DNA from: an uncultured Nitrososphaerales archaeon | GTDB lineage: Archaea; Thermoproteota; Nitrososphaeria; Nitrososphaerales; Nitrososphaeraceae | Direction: 5' to 3' | Length of the DNA: 13,100 nt | Assembly: GCA_963709405.1 (NCBI GenBank) | Contig: CAVPXM010000056.1 | Span: 1-13,100, forward strand | In this document: in pieces, positions 1-8,552 of the stretch | Layout: each line of letters begins with the position of its first letter | Position numbering within the stretch: position 1 is the stretch's first letter | Notes under the pieces: model-generated | What the model saw: the letters and a program-made list of their open reading frames with translations, nothing else | The model's database searches: none | Told to the model about the DNA's origin: nothing | Position numbers and translations under genes: made by a program

Positions 1-400
1 CTTGTGGTGGATAAACATGAAAACACCAGGTAATATTTCTTACACCTTCCTTTCTAAACAAATCGATAATGTGCCTATACTCCATTCAAAGCTCCCCTGT
101 ATTATTTCGTTATGATACCATTGGGTAGAGTTTGTTTGCTTAATCGCCTTGGCTGGGGTATATAGACTGAATTTCTGTAATATTTGTGGTTGTAAGGCGT
201 CGATGTAATTGCCTTATTTTTCTATGCGGTTAGATTGTTCAACAGTTAATAATTGTTTATTGAAACTTTCTTGATCTTTGATATTAGCACATATGATAGG
301 ACTCTTCAAATTAAGAAGATAAGACTGCAAGTGACAGGAGAATTATAATTAATATTGAACTGACAACTATCAGTCTTTTCTTGTCAATTAGACCCCGCAT
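1..400 (-). pseudogene. Degraded paralog of the GH26 glycoside hydrolase at 10541-11713, with an internal deletion; runs off the window start
   Basis: Manual minus-strand translation from ATG 400: MRGLIDKKRLIVVSSILIIILLSLAVL, frameshift near 315, then NLKSPIICANIKDQESFNKQLLTVEQSNRIEK*GNYIDALQPQILQKFSLYTPAKAIKQTNSTQWYHNEIIQG. This aligns with NLNLPIVYADDKDHERVKNQL...AAKAIKQINSTQGLHTGIIQG of the intact gene. After a junction at about 80-93 it reads YRHIIDLFRKEGVRNITWCFHV, versus YRHIVNLFREEGATNVKWAFHV. In-frame TAA at 214-216. Confidence 0.9.
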
Positions 401-424
401 CTTCGATAGCGGAGTAACAGAAAT

Positions 425-1081
425 TTATGATTTTGTAGCTCGATCCGCCTTTTAATTGCACCACAACATTGTATACCGCAGTCAAATTATAGGTAGGATA
501 ATAAAGGTAAACATATAGAAGATAATACCCTGAACTAGCTGTGTGTGGCATAACAAAGTTGCCGAAACCTCCTGTGTAATTTCCTAGGTTGATTGGAGTA
601 CCGAATTGTATATCGCTCTCAGGATCAACATCTGCGACATCCGTGTGAGGCGGGGGAAAGGCAGAAGTTATCGGGAACCAGTTTAAGCCGCTTTACTGTA
701 CATTATGTCTGCGTCTGTGCTCGAATCGATAATGAACTTCTCACCGGTCACAAAGGTCGAATTCGCTGTAGATAATTCATAATCTGGATTAGATACCGCG
801 AGAGATTCTGTCGTGTACCTAAATTATTACCTAGAATTATAAATTGTTCATCAAATTGGTGATCTTAGTGTTGAATTATTATGGTCAGATAATATAATGC
901 TTATATCATCTGGAGGGTCTAAAATACTTAGTAGTACTTAAGCGCTGCAGTTGAGATACCCTAGAATTATTCCGACTTGATTTAGCATACAAGTATCGGT
1001 CATTGAAAAGATGTAAGCTTGGACCCACAACAAGAAGCAATTTAGACACATTGGCATAAATATGAAAAATCTCTTTTTCAT
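425..1081 (-). pseudogene. Multiply frameshifted paralog of the 217-aa secreted protein at 6982-7635
   Basis: ATG 1081 (MKKRFFIF...), with TATA-like TTAATATA at 1104-1111. Segments QLQRLST, PPDDISI, FDEQFIILGNN, NPDYELST...GEKFIIDS and PITSAFPPPHTDVADVDPESDIQFGTPINLGNYTGGFGNFVMPHTASSGYYLLYVYLYYPTYNLTAVYN match the intact protein in order across several frames. Probable original TAA at 425-427. Confidence 0.92.
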
Positions 1082-1232
1082 TGAAACTAGTGAGACCTAC
1101 AAGTATATTAATCTGATCAAGTAATGGTGAGTAAAATTATTAAACGAGCACTCACAGTTGATCTAAACTCGTTTGATAACGCTTACCGAATCGGTTTAAA
1201 AGCCAAGAGAATTTTTTTTGACTTTAGACGTC

Positions 1233-1258
1233 CTATTTTTAGTAACTATTTTTAGTAA
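1233..1258. repeat. 13-bp perfect tandem duplication (CTATTTTTAGTAA)x2
   Basis: Read directly from the sequence. Confidence 0.9.
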
Positions 1259-1393
1259 CTCTTATTTTTTTCTATCTTTACTGTTTTTAGTAAAGAATTT
1301 TTTGGAATTTATTATTGCAAATACTATATCTCTGGTTGATAAACACAGCAGTTGGAATACTAAATTAAATAAAATTAATTCGATAATTCATAA

Positions 1394-1413
1394 TCCTGAT
1401 TAGTCCTGATTAG
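1394..1413. repeat. 10-bp perfect tandem duplication (TCCTGATTAG)x2
   Basis: Read directly from the sequence. Confidence 0.9.
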
Positions 1414-1920
1414 ATATGATATTATTATCATGTTTAATTTGAGCTACCTTTTCTATATTTGTTGGCTATAACTTGTCCAAAATATTCAGGTTTTGGATAT
1501 TTTGATATAAACAGTTCATTATGTTTCTTACCTCAGAATATTTTCTTATTATATTAATTTCAGAAGAACTCTGGATAATATTTAACTTGATTTCATTCTT
1601 GCTTTGCTTTATTTTCTCTTATCATAATGGAACGATGACGTTGACATGCTCTATCAATAAATAATTCATGGGTCATTTAAGAGCGAGTCAGTAATAGTCA
1701 CAATTGTTTTGATTATAACTTGGGTTGATATCTTCAAGCGAACCAAAAGACTCATGTATGAAGATGGATTTATTTGCAACTGCAAGAGTGAATCCTTTAG
1801 GTAGATGTTTTATTATCATGCTTCTTGCATTTTTCGAAAGATGGTTTTATCCTCTTTTAATTCATCATTAACAAATTTCATCCTTGATATTTTACGACTG
1901 AAATCCCATCTATGTAAACG
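1400..1920 (-). pseudogene. Possible decayed coding remnants of unknown identity, cut by the IS left end
   Basis: Protein-like stretches such as MIIKHLPKGFTLAVANKSIFIHESFGSLEDINP and EKIKQSKNEIKLNIIQSSSEINIIRKYSEVRNIMNCLYQNIQ, broken by stops. No confident family assignment. Confidence 0.3.
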
Positions 1921-2010
1921 CTCTCTGTTGCACGATTTGCTATGTTATAAGTGATACTTATTTGATATTTGAGCACTTCGGATTTAACTTGCTGATGCTA
2001 TCTTTCTAGT

Positions 2011-2757
2011 ATGATTGACTGGCCTTCACATAATCAATCACCCAGTAAGACGTGGTCAGGTACTCTTGGATTTTGATATACTTGATGGATGTGATCATGA
2101 ATTATCTCAAATGGATCATGGTAAGATTGGTGAACAATATGATCATCCGGATTCATTTATGCAGCTTCTAGGTTATATGAGAGTATATTTCCATCTACCA
2201 TATAGACAGACACACAGGGGTTGTTGCCATAGCACATGCAAGTACCGAAAGGTTCCAGGTATACCACATTATAGTACTATTAGTAGACGCATAAACAGGC
2301 TAGAGATCAAAATCAATGAAAAATTAGGAAATGATATTGTCATTGCCTTAGATAGATATTGTCATTGCCTTAGATAGCACTGGTATTAAAGCAGCTAATC
2401 GTGGAGAATGGATGCGGCATAAATGGCATGTTAGAAAGGGATATCTAAAGATACACTTAGCAGTTGACATCAAGAAGAAAAGAATCCTATCTCTGGAGGT
2501 AACAAGTGAAGAGGTACATGATGGCAGAGTGTTAAATAAGCAAGTGGATAATGCTTCTGCTCGCTGGAGATAATCATGTAAAAGGTGTATTAGCTGATGG
2601 TATGTATTATAGTAATAACAACTTTAGATATCTATCAAGCAACCACATTAAACCTTGTATAAGAAAGATAAGAAGGAATTCAAAGGTGAGACCGACCGAC
2701 TAATTGTCAAGCGAGAAATACGTCTGTAATAAGACAACAGACAAATTTCAAAAGATG
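2011..2757 (+). pseudogene. IS5-family DDE transposase, frameshifted and 3'-truncated
   Basis: Reconstructed segments: MIDWPSHNQS / VRRGQVLLDFD...HLPYRQT...PHYSTISRRINRL...DIVIALDSTGIKAANRGEWMRHKWHVRKGYLKIHLAVD...EVHDG / VLADGMY...QQTNFKR. The first two catalytic Asp motifs (DSTG, ADG) are present; the catalytic Glu region is absent. Confidence 0.93.
2333..2376. repeat. 22-bp perfect tandem duplication (GATATTGTCATTGCCTTAGATA)x2 that frameshifts the transposase
   Basis: Removing one copy restores DIVIALDSTGIK in frame. Confidence 0.95.
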
Positions 2758-2925
2758 TATACTTTTGTGGAAGGCCTATAACGTGGTTAAACCCAGAAAT
2801 ATTTTCTGGATTGCCCAAATCATAGAAGGGTAAATCTTTCAGTAGTTCAAACTCCTGTATGCTCCCGCTATCTAACTGCTGCCTGCATACTTATCTAGCA
2901 GTTTGTTTAAGTTCTGTAGTGTCAT
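2758..2925 (-). pseudogene. N-terminal fragment of a putative terminase-large-subunit-like protein
   Basis: ATG 2925 overlaps the upstream TGA (ATGA). Reads MTLQNLNKLLDKYAG, frameshift, QQLDSGSIQEFELLKDLPFYDLGNPENISGFNHVIGLPQK, then abuts the IS remnant. FNHxIGLPxK is a motif I recall from terminase-like P-loop proteins of Nitrososphaeraceae; the ATPase motifs themselves are not in the window. Confidence 0.5.
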
Positions 2926-3339
2926 CTATCAATACTTCGGTATTTTGAGGCTCTATGATTCTCAACAAATCTGATTGCTCTATCAACCACTGTACCAGAA
3001 GATAGTAAATCAAACTTCATGGCATAACATTCCTTAACTAATGTTAGGGCTTGCATTCTTTCTCTCCTGTCTGAGTCTGAATCTATTGACATGGCCCAAG
3101 CATCTTTCATGATATTGTTCAATCCATCCAGGCAGTTTTCATATTCGGCTGGCAGGTATTCATCGATATACTTCTTGATATTCTCTTTAGCCTTCAGTCT
3201 AAGATATGCCAAGTCCTTTTCAATCAGACCTAATGATACCTGTAGTTCTGCTGAATATCTCTTGAATATAACCTTTGATAGAATATTCTGTTACTTTCTC
3301 TCTACGCCATTGGATTCTATCTACAGTTTTGCTACTCAA
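2922..3339 (-). pseudogene. HTH-domain protein (possibly terminase-small-like), one frameshift near 3255
   Basis: SD-like GAGGTG (3345-3350) precedes TTG 3339. Reads MSSKTVDRIQWRREKVTEYSIKGYIQEI, frameshift, SAELQVSLGLIEKDLAYLRLKAKENIKKYIDEYLPAEYENCLDG..., joining the 96-aa ORF. N-terminal HTH pattern followed by a helical domain. Confidence 0.75.
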
Positions 3340-3352
3340 ATGTACACCTCTG

Positions 3353-3733
3353 TTAATACCTATAGTCGTCGTTATTATCGTTTCTTCTAACTATTGTTCG
3401 GTTATGATCGGATGAGTCTGTTAATGGTATTTCTGACCTGATTATGGTGGCACCTGAGTTAATCAAAAACTGGTCAGAACTAGGTTCTAGGACGTACTTG
3501 GCATACTCATCATAAACGATCATGCCTTTGCCTTTATCCTCATTTATTGTAAATATTAACGGCTGGCCATTATCTTGTTTGTTTACGGCTGCCTTTAGGC
3601 CCATGCCATTGCCACCTGTCGGCTGGCGGGTATTGTTGATATTGGTAACGCCTGTTAAATCTATAACCTTATCATGCTTGTTACTGACATTCAGTCTTTC
3701 CCTTTGCTTCTCTTGTTTATTCCTACGGTACAT
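3353..3733 (-). CDS. Hypothetical protein (126 aa), first gene of the left arm
   Basis: Open frame from ATG. Its stop lies just before the SD of the HTH gene, consistent with an operon. Confidence 0.65.
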   Translation of the reverse strand: MYRRNKQEKQRERLNVSNKHDKVIDLTGVTNINNTRQPTGGNGMGLKAAVNKQDNGQPLIFTINEDKGKGMIVYDEYAKYVLEPSSDQFLINSGATIIRSEIPLTDSSDHNRTIVRRNDNNDDYRY

Positions 3734-3790
3734 TTGATTTGATTCTTCGTAATATTCTAATACAATCGGTGCTTAAAAATATACAAACAA

Positions 3791-4571
3791 ATGGTCATAG
3801 GATTTACCAGATCGAAAGAAGGAGAGCAAGCATATGTCAAGGTAGGACTTAGATATGATGATGAGTTGCAAGGCGAACTATATAGGGATTGGTTACGTGC
3901 AACTTCAGCGGATGGACTATCCAACTACACGAATCATAAGGAAAAGGAAATGAATCAGTTGCAAGTGGTTCAGGTAAATAATCCTGATTATACTGGCGAA
4001 GAAGGTGACAGTATGTATCGATACTTTATTGTATACTCATGGATGCACCGACGTCTTGACCACGCTTGCAATGTCACAAGCAGGTATGTTCCAAACGTTG
4101 GAAAATATCCCATTCCACAGGCCCACTAAAAAAATCACAAACATGGATTTCGGTAAGCAGAAGAGAGAGGCTGGCTACGCTGAGAACATTACTCCAGGTT
4201 ATTCAATCCCTTGGACTAAGGAGAACATTCAGAAGATTCTCAAAGAAGTATCGCTGCCGGTTGATGGCACTCTATCATGTTCTGTGGGGCCAGTCAATGG
4301 TATAACAATCTCTGTTGAAACTCTGCAAGATTTGATGAATGGAACCCCATTTGAAGAGTTGTTACATTTTGGAAGAACTCCAACAGATCATGAACGCAAA
4401 CAATGGATAGAGAAGCATGGAGGTTCAGAAGCAGATAATCGAAGATTAATCGAGTTTGCTAGGAAGAGGGCTGATAGTGATTTGCAAGAGAGACCTGTCA
4501 CAGCAACACAAGTACAAGAGTTGATACGAAGGGAAATCAAGGAAGGCAAACAATCCCAAGATGGGCATTAG
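3791..4571 (+). pseudogene. Hypothetical protein of about 260 aa split by one frameshift near 4123
   Basis: The 112-aa and 188-aa ORFs join as ...GKYPIPQA-TKKITNMDFGK... if one C is removed from GGCCCACT. The stop overlaps the start of the next gene. Confidence 0.65.
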
Positions 4572-6434
4572 ATTCTTAGGCACACCAATCGAGCAGTTCG
4601 ATCGGCTGTGCATAGAGGAAGAGATTGTTAAGATTACAATCTCCTGTTTCAAGAGAGAAGAGATAGGGCATCCTGATGGTAGTACTACTATGGAGGAAGT
4701 ACGAACAGGTGACTGGGGAATGCAGATAAAATCGAGTAAAGACATTCTCCAGTTTGTAGATGACGATGATAATGACAGCCACCCCAACAGTGGTAAAAGT
4801 AAAAATAACAAGGACGAAGAAGCAGTCGAAGCAAAAGAGGTCTTTGTTCGCAAATACAGCACGGACATACCTCTAGCAGAACAGATCAAGATTGGAGGCC
4901 GGGGGAAGTTTCTTCAAATAATAGATGGCAAACCAGTGCTTAATGACTCTATTGACTTGAGCCAGGAAAAAGGGATCATTCTGAAGCCACATCAAAGCAT
5001 CGGTAGCACCCTCCTATCATGGAGTACGAGTATAATGACGTTCACGAGACTGAATATTTCATCGAACTGGCAAAGAGGATGTCTGTAGATGATTTGTATT
5101 TCCTGGTGAAATCCATCTACAAAGATGTGATTGCTACCAATGAGAAGGAGCTCATCGTCTTGCCAGCAACTGACACCGTTATGAGTTTATTCCAGGATCT
5201 CTTTGTCACCACTCATTACCTATTACTTACTGGACCACCTGGCTGAGGAAAGGAGCTATTCTCGTCACATTTAAACTTCTGGGCTATCGTGTCGTATTGG
5301 CAGGAGATATGTCAGGTGCTAACCTTCTGGATCTTCCAGGGTCAGCTGAACGCTGTCAGGTCACCATCGCAGAGGACGAGCTCGACAACATAGGCGACAA
5401 TCCAGACATACAGCGAATCTATAAGATGGGGGTACGAGGATATAGGACTTGTTACCAGAACAGTAGATCCTAGCAGTAGCAATAGAGACATCCGATTCTA
5501 TAATCCTTACTGCATTAAGATATTTGGCAGCGAAAAGAGTTCTGATTCAAAGGAACTTGGAGGGTTTAATGACAGAACTTTCCGATCGGAGGTCAAGAAA
5601 GGAAAAGCAAAGCTACAGATTAAAGAGATTAAAAAACATATGGAACGTCCGTTTGATAAGCAACTTCCAAAGTACAGAAAAATCGTGTCTAGGATAAACT
5701 TCTTACGTAAAGTGTCATTGATATTTAGGCTATTGCATCATGCCGATACGATCGAACAAGTTCCCCTTAACATATTTGCAAGACCACTTGAGCTATGTGG
5801 CCCAGATATCAGAGTCTTCAACTCCGACACACTAGCTGATCCAAATAGAAAGGCGCTACCTGAAGTAATGAATGCTTTGAGTCACTTCCTGAAGAAGAAG
5901 GGTGAACTAGACAAGAAGACGATTGAAGTTGTGATTTATGGCGTACTTAGTGAACTGTTTAAACAGATTGATATAGAAGAAGGGGCACCAGGCACGTCCA
6001 CTATTTCGGACCAAGATTCTTGCAAAAAAGAAATGCATAAGGATGTTTACGGAGTCGAAAAAACAATCTATGTCATACCATATAACGAAATCTGCAGCAG
6101 AGTCATGAATGAGGTTGAAGGTAGTCTAGTCTCGCCTAGGACGTTCGAATCTCCTGATTATGATCGTGTAACACATGATAGTCTACTGGAAAAGTGTAGG
6201 AGGGTATTTGATGGGAGTGATGCGAGTTTAGGTACTGGCAAGAATAAGAAGAAAGCACTTCGATTTGATAAAGATACCAATGTCCACAGAGGATCGAAAA
6301 TTGTGACAGGTCTAAAGAATAATAGAAGCGCAGCAAATGGTTCAACAGATCATAAGAGCAATCAAAATAAGCCGATTAAACAAAATGTGTCACCTACCCC
6401 GACAATTGCAGTAATAGACATTGAAAGGGTCTAA
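4561..6434 (+). pseudogene. P-loop AAA+ ATPase (replication helicase-like), about 620 codons, at least three frameshifts and one in-frame stop
   Basis: Walker A HYLLLTGPPG*GK (5232-5252, TGA at 5244-5246), Walker B VTIAEDELD (about 5360-5386), then IYKMGY, a sensor-like KIFGSE and an arginine-finger-like FNDR. Frameshifts near 5010, 5253 and 5430 (G5 run) link the 175-, 75- and 264-aa ORFs. Confidence 0.85.
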
Positions 6435-6580
6435 ATCAGGAAGAAATTGCCCGAGAATCGGATGTGTAGAGCAATCTACAGTAAACAGAAATTTACAATA
6501 CATTAAACATGAAGCAAAAATCAAAATAGAAATGTAGCTTAGAGAAGAGATCTTGTTTGAATATGTGTGATACATGGCAG
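6425..6580 (+). pseudogene. Second HTH-domain remnant, paralogous to 2922-3339
   Basis: KGLNQEEIARESDV / EQSTVNRNLQYIKHEAKIKIEM*LREEILFEYV*YMA aligns with KGYIQEI-SAELQVSLGLIEKDLAYLRLKAKENIKKYIDEYLPAEY. Confidence 0.7.
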
Positions 6581-6981
6581 TACTTGGTTTGGAACTTTTA
6601 GTAGTACAGATGATGAAACGTCGGAATCCAACTTTTATAATGAATAAAATATTTGAATGCGTTATGAAAATTAGAAGGTTAAGGTCTCCTATTTCTGATT
6701 ATCAGGAAAGAATCTAATATATTTTCAATAAAATCTACTATTGATCCTTTGGCACGACTTAATACAACAATCGGTCCATTTTATTGAATATATCAAATTC
6801 AATTTACAACAGCTGGCCACATTGGATCAGTATCATATTATTAGAGGAGGCTGTCTGTGATTTCTTTTCTAATCCGGCATATAGCACTAGATAACTTTCG
6901 GCTATTCAAGAATAAAATTATATAATATATTCACAACCGTAGTGTTAATTTAATCACTCCTAATATAATCAAGGGAAAAAA

Positions 6982-7635
6982 TTATAGTGTTGTTCCTCTA
7001 TTGCTGCTTGTCACCTGCACTGGTGTGTTATATACTACAGTCATATTGTAGGTTGGATATTGAAGGTACGCATACAGGAGGTAATATCCTGGACTTGCTG
7101 TATGTGGTATGACAAATGTGCCGGAATTACCAGCATAATTTCCAAGAATGAGTGGTGTTGAAAGTGCTAAATCGAATTCAGGATCAACATCTTCTACAGT
7201 TGTATCGGCTGGTGGAAATGGTGAAGTTATCGGAACTAGCAGTACAGCTACTGATCTGTACCTTTCTGTGTCTGGGTCAATAGTTGAATTTATGTTGAAA
7301 TTTTCTCCGACCCTAAGGGTTGGGACAGGTGTGGATAATCCAAAGTCAGGATTCACAATGGCAACACTCTTCGGACTACCGATGCTTTGGTTATTGCCTA
7401 AAAGTATGAACTCTTGATCGAAGGATGCATTTTGGTGATTACCATATAGGAGGCTTACATCATCTGGAAGATAGAGAATATTGTCAGTGCCTAGCCGTTG
7501 TTGCTCTGACAAGCTGTTATCTATCTCTTGCGGTTGACCATAGACAGGTTTACTTTTGAAAAAAGGCACGCCTGTACCTGAGACAACAAACAATGCTAGT
7601 GATACTGCGATGAATACTGTACACACTTTCTTCAT
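6982..7635 (-). CDS. Secreted or surface protein of unknown function (217 aa), probably with a beta-rich C-terminal domain
   Basis: Intact ORF with a Sec-type signal peptide (MKK, hydrophobic core, VYG/Q). Beta-strand-like GTFVIPHTASPGYYLLYAYLQY near the C-terminus. Two diverged paralogs in the window support that it is a real gene. Confidence 0.9.
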   Translation of the reverse strand: MKKVCTVFIAVSLALFVVSGTGVPFFKSKPVYGQPQEIDNSLSEQQRLGTDNILYLPDDVSLLYGNHQNASFDQEFILLGNNQSIGSPKSVAIVNPDFGLSTPVPTLRVGENFNINSTIDPDTERYRSVAVLLVPITSPFPPADTTVEDVDPEFDLALSTPLILGNYAGNSGTFVIPHTASPGYYLLYAYLQYPTYNMTVVYNTPVQVTSSNRGTTL

Positions 7636-7659
7636 ATTACTATAATGAGTTGATACCTA

Positions 7660-7667
7660 TATTTAAA
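7660..7667 (-). promoter_or_regulatory. Archaeal TATA box for a probably leaderless transcript of the 217-aa gene
   Basis: TTTAAATA on the minus strand ending about 25 bp upstream of ATG 7635. The paralog at 1081 has TTAATATA at a similar distance. Confidence 0.6.
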
Positions 7668-8021
7668 GAGAGAGAAGCTAAGTTGTTACTATGCCTGGAG
7701 GCACATCTAACGAAGACACTATGGCTGTTTGGCTGAACAAGTTTTCTTCAACTTATCATATAAATTATTTAATCGGACAAAAGCATAAGGTTTTTTGGAT
7801 TGATATATTTAATACAAATCGAATTAGACGTGAATCGATCACGACGAATATTAATCAAATAGGTTTTATAGATTCACGAATTTCGGGCCTTTTTTATAAA
7901 TTGCTGGTTAGCCTTAGAACCGCACTTCTTAGGTTCGCAAGTTTGCACTGGTTTTATTTTAGTAATCTACATAGAAATCGGTTTATTCTTTTCAGTTAAT
8001 AGTTGAAGTAGCCGCTGGATC

Positions 8022-8095
8022 TTGTGATCAAGTACCACCACCACGTAGAAACCTTGATCACAATGTACCAACGGCCAAAATACCATTGTGATAAA
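8022..8095. promoter_or_regulatory. Three pseudo-palindromic boxes at 32-bp periodicity (putative operator array)
   Basis: TTGTGATCAA (8022), TTGATCACAA (8054), TTGTGATAAA (8086). Boxes 1 and 2 form an 11-bp perfect inverted repeat. Located in the divergent intergenic region. Confidence 0.45.
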
Positions 8096-8552
8096 CATGT
8101 TATTTATCTAAATTAACTATGTTATCTAATGTATAATAGCAAGACTGTTTATGCAATATTGACTGTCCATCATGCAGTCGATCGTTAAATCTAATTCAGT
8201 CGATATGTCAAAAGTAGGTAGGAATTATCCCCTAAGATGACTGAATTCTACAACGGTGGCCTATGTGGTTTAGATAAGTAATTGTTTTAATAAAGCATCT
8301 TGATCGTATCTTAACTAACATTAGTGACGGAACCAAGTTAATTAAGGCTTAATAAAAAAACCTGTTTTCATAATCTTAATTGAATATAAGAACAAACGAT
8401 ATTGACACTTCTCGCAGTAGTGGTGCTGATTTCACCAGTTCTCATCAGAGAAGCAGTTGTAGCAATTCCAATAGAGTAGAGTTTACGGATGATCCTCACA
8501 GCGAAAAAAGAGTACAGTGTCAATCATGACAAAAATTTACTAAGCAATAGAA

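Larger units (their letters stand above)
1921..2757 (+). mobile_element. Truncated IS5-family (IS903-group-like) insertion sequence; left end present, right end missing
   Basis: CTCTCTGTTGCAC at 1921-1933 resembles the GGCTTTGTTG start of IS903-type terminal inverted repeats and lies about 90 bp upstream of the transposase ATG. No matching inverted copy was found downstream. Confidence 0.8.
2758..6580. mobile_element. Defective integrated element (provirus-, satellite- or plasmid-like remnant) with two divergent arms
   Basis: Left arm (minus): 126-aa ORF, HTH gene, terminase-like N-terminus, tightly coupled. Right arm (plus): about 260-aa gene, AAA+ ATPase, second HTH remnant. A 57-bp spacer (3734-3790) separates the arms. 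No integrase or att site is visible, so the boundaries are approximate. Confidence 0.55.

Noticed and set aside
593-1403. Plus-strand ORFs 593-775 and 1218-1403
   Set aside because: The first is antisense to the secreted-protein pseudogene; the second is low-complexity AT-rich sequence containing tandem duplications.
1730-1825. KGFTLAVANKSIFIHESFGS as a GT2 C-terminal motif
   Set aside because: Only a loose resemblance; the preceding acidic catalytic motif is not visible.
6600-6960. Possible decayed gene downstream of the 217-aa protein (YDTDPMWPAVVN...GPIVVLSRAKGSIVDFIENILDSF)
   Set aside because: No match to GH26 or any family I can recognise; too many stops to call.
3091-7417. ORFs 3091-3390, 3522-3737, 4066-4305, 4446-4889, 4576-4782, 6136-6345, 6390-6575 and 7148-7417
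   Set aside because: Antisense or alternative-frame shadows of better-supported genes.
7691-7999. 102-aa plus-strand ORF
   Set aside because: No recognisable motif or signal, and composition is consistent with a chance ORF; not excluded, but unsupported.
8021-8116. 32-bp periodic boxes as a mini-CRISPR array
   Set aside because: Repeats are only about 10 bp, alternate in orientation, and no cas genes are present.
8349-8552. TTG-initiated short frame at 8380 after a TATA-like TTAATAAA, as an N-terminal extension of wecB
   Set aside because: It stops before wecB and is not in frame with it; there is no homology evidence in the window.
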